Assembly: GCA_026936335.1 (NCBI GenBank)
Contig: JAPMXV010000054.1
Location: forward strand, 186,001 to 250,000
Direction: 5' to 3'
Length of the DNA: 64,000 bases
Origin: Mantamonas sphyraenae STR306
Taxonomy: Eukaryota; Protista; CRuMs
The notes below the pieces were generated by a model that saw only the letters and a list, made by a program, of their open reading frames with translations, was not told the DNA's origin and did no database searches. Both the position numbers and the translations under genes were made by a program. Below are positions 21,101 through 32,281 of the stretch, piece after piece. Numbering within the stretch: the first letter of the stretch is position 1; each line of letters begins with the position of its first letter.

Positions 21101-24100
21101 CCGCCTGCGCATCCTCGTCCTCTTCTGCCACCGGATCCAGCGAAAACTCGCCCACAGCCTCGCCAGATGCACTCTTGTTTCCTTCTATTCCCACGCTGGC
21201 TGCGTGATTCAGACTGGGAAACGTGCCCACATTGAGCACGGCGCTGATCTGTTCCACCGACGCCGTGCGCCTGTGGTGGCCCGGGCGACGCCGCGAGCTG
21301 CGTTGCGACCGTTCGTCCTCGTGGCTCACCACACCTGCCGGCGAGCTGACAAAGCGCATGGGATTGCGGTAGCCGCGAATCCACTCATTCAGCAGCCGCG
21401 CCCACGCAGTGATGGTCTGGTACAGCTTGCGCTTCACCTTGGCCACAGCAAAGTAGTCTTCGCTAGCACTGGCCTCGCTCAGACGCTTGGCAAACTCCTC
21501 CTGCTCCATCACACAACGCTCCGAGAGGCGCGACAGCTCGTGCATGGCCTGTGTGCTCGACTCTGCAAACACCTCACCTCCTGTGCGTGACACCTCCTCC
21601 ACAATCTGCTCCTCGTCCGCAATGATGTTCTGCACAATCATGATCATGGCTTCCAGCAACTGTCGGATCTCCTTCACCTCCGCCTCCTTTATCGCACGGT
21701 GTGCCTCCGCGTCAAACTCCAGCCGCTGCACAAAGCTCGTGTCAAACACGGTGATGTGCGAGAAGCGAAACGAGGCAATCATGTCGCCGCAGCCAAAGTA
21801 GCGCACGTGCTCGTGGTACGGATCGTGTCCACACTCCGGGTTGGCACACACGCCCTCCCGATTGTAGAACGTCAACTCCAGGAACTTGCCAAACGAGTAG
21901 TTCCAGCTGTCATTGCTCAGCACGGTCACGGGCGTACTCGTGCCACACTTGTTGCACGCCGACCACACATAGATCTGCTTTGTGCCGTCCTCCGACACAG
22001 GCAGCGCCGCCGTCGCAAACTTGTCCACCATGACACTCAGCTGCCCCTTGCCGTGGGTAAAGTATCGCACGTGGTCCACCACCGTCGCCGAACACGACTG
22101 GTTTGTGCACCGGTACGCCTCGTTGAAGCAATTGTTCTCCAGATACTCTCCCAGCGTCATGTCGGACGCGTCGTAGTATTCGATCAGCTTCATGCGTGGC
22201 GGCACACAGCACGAGTTGTCCCGAAACAGCCCGCTGGAAAACAGGATGCACATCTCCTGGCAATTGTACGGATCCAAGCCTCCAACCTCCACATACCGCT
22301 GTGCTCGCGCTTCAATGACCGCTGCCTCGTCCAAGGCCTCTTGCAGCCGCGCCGCCTCCTCCTCGTCACCTGCCTCGACACTGCCGCTGCCGCTGTCGCC
22401 ACCCTTGCCCACGCCAGAACCAGACTCCACGGAGCTGGTTGTCGATGAGAAGCCCTCCTCCACCGAGGGGAACTCGCTCTCGTTGCCCGCCAACGTAGCT
22501 GCGGCGTTGATGCGTCCCGACTTGCGTCGCATCGTCGGTGTGTTGAACAAAGCCACGTCCGAATCGCTGCGGTTGTGCGAGAACGACCGTTTGATCATGT
22601 CCTGGCCCGCCTGTTCGCTCAGAAAGCGCCGTGTCCACGGCTGCACCGTGCCTGCGTCGTCCCCTTCTCCCAACGCTGCGGTTTCATAGACGCCTCCCGG
22701 TCCCTTGACCAGCGCCTCCACCTGTTCCACTTCGGCAGCATCGTTCAGTCGCACAATGAAATCCACACTGGTGGACACCGACAACAGCATGGCTTCCTCC
22801 TCCTCGTCTGCATCGGCGGGCCCCAGCGTGCCGGCCTTGCGCGCTGCATTCTTGGCCGCCTTTTCCTGTGCCTTTTTGTTGCCGGCCTTGCCTCGCACAC
22901 GTGCAAGCACACCCTTGCCAAAGTCGCGATCGATGCGCTTCTGCGTCAGCAATCGGTTGTACCGCTTCAGCAGTTTGCTTTGCTGCAGCGTCGCGTAGCA
23001 CTCGATCAGAAACTGGCTCTCCAGAATGAGGTTGTGAGCCGCAAAGATGGCAAACTGTGTGATCACCTTGACCTTGCGCAGGGTGAACATGTCTGCGCCC
23101 CGCAAGCAAATCGTCGCCCCCAGCGAGGGAGGACATCCCTCCAGGAAGCACAACGTCTTCTTCACAGTCTGCGTCGTGTCTGGAAGGTACGCGTGCGGCC
23201 TCTCGTACTCGTACGTGTGTGTGCGAAATTGTGCACACGTGCCCAGCTGCGGCAGCGCCATGCGGTCTGTGTACAGCGCCCCCACTGTGGGCAACACCTC
23301 TGCACCCGTGCTTCGCGCAATGCGCTCCATAATCACCGGCTTGTTGTTCAGCACCACCGAGATGTTCTCCTGCAGAAATGCCTCCTGCGCCAGGTGGGCC
23401 ACGCTCTTCTGCACCACAAGTAGGTTTGGCTGCAGACTGGAGATCTTCTTGACCAGAATACGCAGGTATTCCTGCTCTTGCTCCAGCAGGGCGTCGAAGG
23501 AATTGATGCGCCGCTCTTCACGGTCAAACTCGACTGCGCTGCCCAACAGAAGGATCTTGGGATCGCGAATCTGCGAGCGCATCCGCTTGTGGGCCACATT
23601 CTTTGTAAACGCCACGCCGTCCACGTAGCACGATTCCTCCACCCGCCCTCCGGGGATTTTCTTCACTTTGATGTAGTCGCGCAGATCCATCGAGTCGCCC
23701 GCACGCACGTCCAGGATCAATCGCGAGCACGCGCGTGCCGCAAGATACACAATCACATCCGTCCACGTCTCTGTGCTCAGGTTCTCGTCCAGAAGCAGTT
23801 GGTTCACCATCTGTCGCAAGTGGCCATTCGACACCTGTTGGATCCCCTGTACGTGCTCCTCGCCCAGCTGGGACGGCGATTCGGGCGGACTGTGGATGTC
23901 GTCCACGGCACCTGCCGACGACGACGCCGCCGCGGGCGTCCTAGGACTCGCATCATTTGCATCTGTGTCTGCTTCGGCCTCGCTGGCGTGCAGCAAACCC
24001 ACCACCGTCCCACTGCGCTGAGGCACCTTGGAAATCGTGTTGTAGTGTCGCATCTGCTTCACGCGTCCCGCAGGAGATGCTGGTTTCACGTCGTCTGCAG

Positions 24101-25468
24101 TCTGCTGTGCTTGTCCATTGTCGCTGTCGTCTTGGATGCCCTCTGCGGGCGTGGCAAGGTCCAAGGGTTCGATGTCTGATCCTGTGTGTGCGTGGAACGA
24201 CGACGCCGGAGGCGACATGGGTGGATCCACCAAATGGTCCGAGGCGGCGTAGGAGGAGGCACGCAGCGCTTCCACAGCATCGGATTGTGTACGTGGCTTG
24301 TGTGCGCCTCGATACGACGATGACGACCGCTTTCGCTTGTCCAACTCGTCGCCTGGGTGGCCATCCGCAAACACGTTGTCATCGTCCTCTGCTGCCGAGG
24401 AGGAGGACGAGGAGGAGGAAGAGGAAGAAGAAGAGGAAGATGCACTGCCAGTGGGCACGGGGCGTTGCAGGGTGAATCCGGGAGCGAGGGCAAGCGGGGA
24501 AAGGAGATTGGAGGAGGCTCGTCCACGCGAGTTGCTTGTGGTGCGTGCACGCGGCGACCACAGCTCGTGCTCGGAGCCGTAGGAGAACAGCTCGACGGAA
24601 CCAAAGTTGGAGTTTGCCAGAAAGAGGGTGAGTGCGTCATCGCCTCCAGGCTGACCTTGCAGGTCCTGCTGCTGTTGGTACGGTGACGTGGCGCGCGTTT
24701 GCCTGTACATGCGTGTGCGCAGATTGACCTCGGCCTGGTTCTCGCTCTGCAATGCCTCCAGGCAGTAGTTGCACACGCGCACTTCGCCACGATAGCCAAT
24801 TTGCTGGCCCGGGATGAAGTTGTCCGAGCACTTTTGGCAGAAGATCTGTCCGCACACGCGACAATGGTGCCGACGACGGATCAGATTGAACGGCAGTTGG
24901 CAGTCGTAGCACATCTTGACATTCTTGTCTGACATCCAAAACTCCGTGGTCGCCCACTGCTGCTGTTGCAGCCGCTGCTGTTCCAGTTGCCCGGTCCCGA
25001 GCTCCTCCTCCGTCTCCAGGGGCCGGTATATCTCGAATTCCCCCACAGGCGGAATATCCTCTGCATCTTCGTCCGACGCCACGCTCGAGGGTCGGAACAG
25101 CCTGGACGTAGTTTGTGTGTGGAAGCGTGTGTGTGCGTGTGTGTGTTTGCACGAGGGTGGTGAGTCGCTCCACCCTCCCCTCTTCCCACCTCCTGCGTCA
25201 CCGTCCATCCACTCTCGCCTTCCACTCACTTGTCAAAGAATCCTTCTGGCTTGGCGCCCACCTTGCCAAACTCTGTGAGCGTGTGGCCGTCCAAGTCCAG
25301 AGGCTGTAGCCGCAGCGAAGGCCACCGTGTGTGCACGCGTCAGCTGCCTCTCATTCTCCCCCACACACACCCCCCACACCCCCTCTGCACCTTTGCGGCG
25401 CCGCTACGTACCTCTGTGCTAAATGCTGTGTTTTGCACCTGCACTAGCAGCTCCTCGATGTCGTCCAT
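18111..25468 (-). CDS. FAB1: 1-phosphatidylinositol-3-phosphate 5-kinase PIKfyve/FAB1
   Basis: FYVE domain (WMSD..CYDC..RRRHHCRVCGQIFC), Cpn60/TCP1-like domain (KNVAHKRM), CCR, and PIPK (GGKSGATF, DLKGSMRSR, DVMDYSL, GIIDYIRQYTWDKQLE). Two small 5' exons are inferred (MDDIEELLVQ; PLDLDGHTLTEFGK), so the start is tentative. Confidence 0.95.
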
Positions 25469-25514
25469 GCTCTGTGTGTGTGTTGCCTGCGCCGTCGCCG
25501 CCAAACCCAACACA

Positions 25515-26621
25515 ATGTCGGTGTCCCTTGCCGCCCAAAAGCGGCTCAAAAAGGAGTACCGAGCCATCCGCAAGGATCCGCCAGACCACATCACGGCGGC
25601 CCCGCTATCCAACAATATCCTCGACTGGCGCTTTGTTGTCCAGGGCCTGCGTGACTGCCCCTACGAAGGCGGGGTGTACATCGGACGCCTGCGCTTCCCA
25701 CCTTCCTATCCCTACGAGCCTCCCAGCATCTACATGCTGACTCCCACCGGACGCTTTGAGATCGATACCCGCCTGTGTCTGTCCATGGTACGAGTGCACG
25801 TGCGGGCGAGATACAGCGCTGAGATTCGGGTCCTCCATTTTTCCCCTTTCGCTCACTCTCCACCACCCCCCCCGTTTTTTTTCACCCTTCCCTCAAACAG
25901 AGTGACTACCACAAAGAGTCGTGGAACCCCATGTGGTCTGTGGGTACTATCATCCAAGGCCTGGTCTCCTTTATGGTACGTGGGCGTCCGTGGCAGCCGC
26001 CTGGAAGGAAACAAGGCGTCGCGGGCTCTCGCCACCGTATCCCAACCTTTTTCTCCTGCCTCCAGCCGCCGAGGTTGCCCTATGCTCACAGCAGCCCCGC
26101 AGCTCGACGACGAGCCCACCACAGGATCCGTGCAGACGTCGGATGCTGTGAAGCGACAGCTTGCCAAGCAGTCCCTGCTGTACAGTATTGCCATTCCGCA
26201 CGTGCGCGACTTGTTTCCCGAAATCGTCCCCACCTCTCAGGAACTCGAGGAACTTGAGGCCAACGTCGCGCGCAAGACCACCACCACCAGCACACGCACG
26301 GTGGCTGCAGAACCTGCCAGCACACGACAACGGTCTACAGCGGGTGCAGGTGCAGCACGGGGTGCCGCCACACCGGCAGCCACCTCGGCCACCTCCCGTG
26401 CAAACCTGCTCATGAGTGCTGCTGCGGGCAACAAGCCAAGCATGGTCAAGGACATGGTGCGCCTGTCTGTACTCTTTGTCATTGTGTTTTGCATTCTCCT
26501 GGTTGTCCTCAACCTGCTGCTGGGCGAGGCAGGCGACGCTTCTGCTGCCGCTTCTGCCGCCGCTTCTGCCGCCGGCGCCACTTCGCCTGCCCCTCACACC
26601 ACAAACTCTGCTGTCGCTTGA
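25515..26621 (+). CDS. UBC6: Ubiquitin-conjugating enzyme E2 J2/Ubc6-like with a C-terminal TM anchor, multi-exon
   Basis: AQKRLKKEY, NILDWRFVV.G..DCPYEGG.Y, PPSIYMLTPTGRF..DTRLCLSM|SDYH.ESWNP.WSV.TIIQGLVSFM; hydrophobic tail. Confidence 0.9.
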   Translation: MSVSLAAQKRLKKEYRAIRKDPPDHITAAPLSNNILDWRFVVQGLRDCPYEGGVYIGRLRFPPSYPYEPPSIYMLTPTGRFEIDTRLCLSMVRVHVRARYSAEIRVLHFSPFAHSPPPPPFFFTLPSNRVTTTKSRGTPCGLWVLSSKAWSPLWYVGVRGSRLEGNKASRALATVSQPFSPASSRRGCPMLTAAPQLDDEPTTGSVQTSDAVKRQLAKQSLLYSIAIPHVRDLFPEIVPTSQELEELEANVARKTTTTSTRTVAAEPASTRQRSTAGAGAARGAATPAATSATSRANLLMSAAAGNKPSMVKDMVRLSVLFVIVFCILLVVLNLLLGEAGDASAAASAAASAAGATSPAPHTTNSAVA

Positions 26622-29600
26622 ACATTCAGGTTGGACACAGAGTCAAAGATCCAATCCACACTCACGGGTGTCACCCCGTACTTGTCAGCCAGCCCGGCAG
26701 CCTCGCCAGGCTCGATTTCTGGAGATGCAATGAACACAACACTCCCCTGTGCTGCCTGCTGCTTCATCAGCGTCCCAATGTCTGTCGTATAGTCGATGCT
26801 GCTGTCTACAGATCCCACCGACGCCAACGAGTTGAGCGACGCTGACCCAACCGTCCCTCCGGCAGCCCAGTTCACACGGTGCAGCTTGTCCAACACCGTC
26901 GCCCCACCCAGTTCCAGAAGATGCGCGAGTTCTTTGCGCGATGGCGACGGTTTGGCAAACTTGCCGTGCAGGTACACCTGGCAGCCTGCAAACACACCGG
27001 GCTTGTTCTTGCGCCTCATCTCACGGCCCGACCGAGGCGCACCTGCCACCGTCTTGTCCCCACTGGCCTCAAACGGACCCTCCTCCACCCAGAAGCCCGC
27101 CTGCAACGATGCACGGAACCAGTCAAAGCCCACAATCCACTTGCCCGTCACGATGCCCAGGAAGTATTTCATCGTGCGCGACGACCGCTTGTCCTCGTCC
27201 AGATCCGTGATGATGTGTGTGATCTTTGTGTGGTCAAACCGCGTGCGCACCGTGCCCCGCAACTTCTTGTCGGCAAGCGCGCTTTTCAGCTCCTCCTCGT
27301 GCTCCTTGCTCATCGTCGTCGCTAGCAGGTGGATCTTTTTGCACTTGGAGGCACGATGACGCGTGCGACGACGTCGGGATGAGGACGTGGACGTGGATGA
27401 GGATGAGGATGAGGATGAGGATGAGGATGAAGTTGTCGACGTCGCTGACATGGGTGTCGTCGTCTGTCTGCTGCGCGTTGTCTCGGTTGACATGGGAGTG
27501 AGGTTGACCACATCCTCACTGCCGCCACTCACATCCAGGATCTTGCCTCGGATCTCCTCCAATTCCTTCAGCTTCCGCGGTGTTGTTTTCCGCACGCGTG
27601 ACCGCCGTGTTTGAATGCTCGGCGTCGGTTCCTCGCCCTCTGCACGTGTCGACTGGACACTGGGCGACTGTGGCGTCTCTGGCGACGCCGCTTTGTGCTT
27701 GCTTCCCACTGCCGGTGTCGTCGATGAAGCCACCACGCGCAGCTTGGGCGATCCATCGAACCCCAGAGATTTTGGCGCATGGCTCACTGTGTGTGTACGC
27801 TCAGCTGCCGATGGAGTTCCTGCTTCTTCGGCGTGGTTGCTGTCCTTGTTGGCCGTGTCGCCTGCCACATCAGTCACCCTCGCTTCCTTCTCTGATGAAG
27901 GCACGTACGGCAATGTTGTGGCTGTTGTCGACGGTGTCACCCTGTCTCCGCCTTCAAACGGTTGGGTGGGTGTGAACGGCGACACCTCACCCGGTTCTTC
28001 GTCCCCAAGCATCAGCGACTCGAATGCGCTCATCGCTCCTTGTCGCCCGCGCGGCGTCACTGAACCGCCAAACGGGCCCATGTGTCGGAACATTGGACGT
28101 GACGACGATGCCATCATCATGTCTCTGTGTCTACTGCCAAGGTGTTGCTGTTCCTGCCGTCCACTCTGCGAGTCTGGCAGCGACCCCGCGTGTTCGGAAA
28201 CCATCGAATTGCTCTGTGGTTCCCTCACATCCGACGGCTCCAACAGGCTGAAATGCTCCTCCTCGTCGTCGTCTTCATCATCGTCGTCGTCGTCATCATC
28301 ATCCTGTGCACCTACCACGGGCGACTGCATTACCACAAAATCGCCTGATCCCGGCGTCGTCGCTCCCCCGCGGCTCATGCTGCTTCCTGGACGCGACACA
28401 AGCGTTGTGGGAGGTGACAGGGACGCAGACACATTGGTTGCCTTTGTCATCACGTCATCATCCTCTTCCTGTTGTTCATCCTGGTCGCTCTCCTTGGTTT
28501 CCACCGTCGATGCTGCATCCATGTCAACTCTGCGTCGTGTCTGCCTCCTTCTGGCTGACCCTCCTGCATTCCCTGCGCTGCTGGGACTGTTGACACTGCT
28601 GCGACCCGCGTGGCTGCTCTTGGACCGCGGCTTTAGCCTGGGCGACTCGGCATACCCCAGAGAAACCAAGTATCGCGCACGCACTTTGTCCATCACCTCG
28701 CCGTCCATGCGCACACATTTCCATCCGTCCTTTTGCGACTTGGCACTGCCGCCGCAGTGCCTGCTTGCCGCATTGGCAAACCCAGACAGCGACGTGTATG
28801 TGTTGCCGTTCCAAACAATGGTTCCGTTTCCCTGCAAGATCCCGTCCACCGTCACATTCTTTGCGCCGTATGTAAGCCTGCTGCCTGCTGGCACGCGTCC
28901 GCTATCGATCAAGTCCCTCAGTGCCACCCGCGGCACCCCGTTGGAGTACTTTCCCTTGTACGAGCGCACCACCACCGCACTTTGCACTCCTTTGCGTGCG
29001 TCTCCCCCCTCTCCAATGAGTCTTCCCAGCGCTTCCAGCTCGGCATCCACCTCGTCATCCTCGTCGTCCTCGTATTCTCCGTCGCTGTCTTCCACCACTT
29101 CGTCGCTCGTTCTAATATCTACACGTGCTCGCTTTGCATCAACTCCCTGCAGAGCGTCGCTGTTGCCCTCATCCTCGTCCTCCATCGCGTCGCTGTGTTT
29201 CCTTTTGCCGTCGCCTGGCAATGACGTTTGTGTGTTTGACCGCCTCTTCTTTCGAGGGCTCTTCAACGTGGCCATCACATTGTCAAACAGCCGTTGCTGA
29301 GACTCCTCGGACGGTTTGGCGGCACCGCTCCCAGCCAGTGTGTGACGGTTCACGGCAGGCGATGATTGAGATGGCGAGGAGCTGGGAAACTCGTACTCGG
29401 CGCTGCCTCCTGTGACTGTGCCAGCTAGGGCACTCATCGACGCGCCCGCGTCCTGGTCTTGCTCTGCAACCACGTGTTGGTTTGTCCTGCCGTCGCTTCT
29501 GGCCTCTTGTGGCTGCCTGTCGCCGACTTGGCTGCTGCTGCTGCTGCTTGTCTCCTGCTGCCTGTTTGCTCGCTTGCGCTGTGCCTGTCGGCGGCGGTGA

Positions 29601-30383
29601 GCGATTGCGTCGTCCTCGTCCTCGTCCTCGTCGTCCTCCTCCTCCTCCTCGAATGTCATCTCATCGTCAAACTGGGTGTCCATGAGCATGGCTGCCATGG
29701 CACTGCGACCCGTGGTGTGGAGAGCCTCGTGTCCGCTGGCCTCGCCCTGTGTTTCGGCGTCCAGGTCCAACGACACCTGGGATGCCTGCCCTGCATACTG
29801 GGACGACTGGTACTCCATGATACGTTGGGAGAGGGCTTGTTGCTCGTCCGAAGTGTCCTCTTCTGCCGCGCTCAGCTTCAGCAGCCTCTTGAAATGGTCG
29901 ACAATGTTGCACAGCGTCGCGTTCTTGCGCACGCTCACGGGCGAGAATGGAATCAGGCAGGTGGGACATCTGGCTGGTGCCTGGTGCAGTAGCTCATCCA
30001 CACACCGTCTGGAGCATGCCGGGGTGGTTGTGTGTCCCGGGTTGGTGTGTCAGCAGGGCGGTGGATGAAATCGCGCGGGAACGCACTTCGGGAACACCCA
30101 CTCACCGGCAGTAGCTGTGCGCACACGGCAGCGAGTGTGGGTTGTCGTACAGCTGTGCACTGTAAGAAGACGAGCATAGTGCGTTGTGTCAGCCTATTGG
30201 CACCCTCACCTGCCCGCTGGCCTTTGCCTGCTGCGTTTTGGCGCCAAAGGGGGCTACATTTTGAATCTCCGCCATCCATTGGTGTCCATCCCCATGCACA
30301 CCAAGCAACACTGGTCACACCTGTGTCACCTACCACACGCTGCACTTTAGCTCCCGATCCATCTCCTCCAGACCGCTCTGCAT
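26594..30383 (-). CDS. BRCA1/BARD1-like protein: N-terminal C3HC4 RING (split over three exons), central RAMA-like domain, C-terminal tandem BRCT
   Basis: Spliced RING MQSGLEEMDRELKCSVC|AQLYDNPHSLPCAHSYCR|RCVDELL..CPTC; BRCT motifs THII...RTMKYFLGIVTGKWIVGFDW and GGATVL...WIFDSV; RAMA-like LRDLIDSG..GTIVWNGNTYTSLSGFA..DGWKCV. Confidence 0.85.
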
Positions 30384-30432
30384 CTTGGAGGAGGAGACGA
30401 AGCACGTGTTGTTGGGTGAGCGGGCGCAGTTC

Positions 30433-32238
30433 CTACACATACATTCCATTGGCCACACGGTACGCACGCAAGGCATTGTCAACAAACACGGCGGACATGC
30501 CCGCGAGTGCAATGCCGAACGTGTCTGCCACGCTTGTGACACCCATTGCAAACTCGCGATACTCCGGTGGCACTTGCTGGGAGACCAGGTAGAAGGCGTT
30601 GACGTATGTGGCGCCTCCGAGCAGTCCCTCGTAGAAGATGATGAGAAAGACAAACCAAACGTACCCCAGCAGGTCCAAGTAGGCATGGGCGATCAAGACC
30701 GCCAAGTTGAGCACCTGCAGAAGCGAGGGAATCCAGATGTGCTTGATGGGGAAGAAATTGACCGAAGAACGACTGATAAACACGCCCGTCTGGTACAGGA
30801 ACTGGTAGTAGACGTAGTGAGCGCGTGGCTCAAACGGTGCATCGGCAAACCGAATCACCGGCGCCACACCCTGGTTGATCAGATACTCTGCGTAGTAGAC
30901 AATAAACAAAGGCGCCATGTAGGGCACCACCAGGGATTTGAGCACCTGGATGCGACGTGCAAGCGGAAGCGACGCACCAGCTCGTTCCCGAATCATCGGT
31001 GTCGCCTCGCTGTACGTACGCTCCTGCTGCACCCGATCCTCCGGAGGGTGGTACAGCACACAGATAAAGCTGAGGGGGGGAAGAAGATGGTGCGTGGAAG
31101 GGGGGATGCGGGATGAGCATGGCGGTCGGGAGTGGGTGTTGTGGCGGCGTCGGTTCCAACTCACCAATAAAGTGAGATCAGCGGAAGCACAGAGACAATC
31201 AACAGGGAGGTGGCGTGGTTGAGCTGGAACCACGTGGACAGGGCCAGGTACGACAGAGCACCAAAGACGCCAGCGCCTCCAGTGCCCGAGCTCCACGCAC
31301 TCACGGTGTCCCTGGCGGTGTTTGCAGTGGTCGTGTGTGTGGGTGGGTGTGAGGTTGTCGCTTTGAGTGCACGCGCGCATGTGTAACAACAACTACTCGT
31401 GGCCACTCACTTGTCATAGCGGGTGGTGAGTGCGAGAAAGGTGATTTCGCCAAACCCGGCTCCCACAGATGCAAAACACACGCCTGTGGAAAGGATGTCA
31501 GTGCCCATTGCTTATCGCCTTGCGGCGAGCCACGCCAGACCAGGAGACACACACGTACCGAGGAGACGCAGGGCGGCTGTGGGCGTAAGCGCCACAATCA
31601 GGAAACTGCTCATGGACATAAGGATGGAAAAGTACACCCGATAGGAGAAGGGCAGCTTGTCCATGTAGAACGGGGCTGTGATTTTGATGAGCAGTGTGGG
31701 CAGAATATCTGCCAGGAGAACAGCCCCTGGGTTGAGTTCGTGTCCCCCCTCGGCGCTCTCCAGCATATCTTCTGCCGCAGAGAGCATGATGACATAGCTG
31801 AGACACACGCGTCCTCGCACAGTGTCAGTGCATGCACACCCGCTTCCATTTGTTTCCTCTCTCTCTCTCTCTCTCTTCCTCACACGCGCGTGCGCGTGCG
31901 CGCACGTGCGCTGCGAGGAGGGTCCATCCACGCACCCAAAGTTGTTCACCAGGCCAAACACGAAAAAGGAGACCAGATTGGCGGTGTACTCGCCGCCCAT
32001 GCGTTCAGGCACACAAGTGCACGACACGCACTGGTGCATGGCCAGGTGAGGCAGCATGGCACGGCCACGCGGGTGCGTTCGGTTGTCCTGCACAAGCTTC
32101 TCGTCGTCCCTGTCCAATGGATACTCTGTGCGAGTGCATGTGCAAGGTGGTGCGTTGCATGTGTCCTTTCTGTCAGTTGTGTGTGCCAAAGGTGGGTTTT
32201 GTGCGTGTGTTTTGTCGTTTCGCACCTTCGTCCGCCAT
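30433..32238 (-). CDS. CLN3: CLN3/battenin (Btn1) lysosomal transporter, multi-exon
   Basis: FFVFGLVNNF, YVIMLSAA, VLLADILP, GEITFL, AWSSGTGGAG, YYAEYLINQG, YQTGVFISRSS, EGLLGGATYVN, REFAMG; the first micro-exon (MADE) is inferred. Confidence 0.9.
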
Positions 32239-32281
32239 CCCTTGGCCGCGACACCGCGCAGGCCTGGCCACCTGTTCTCGA

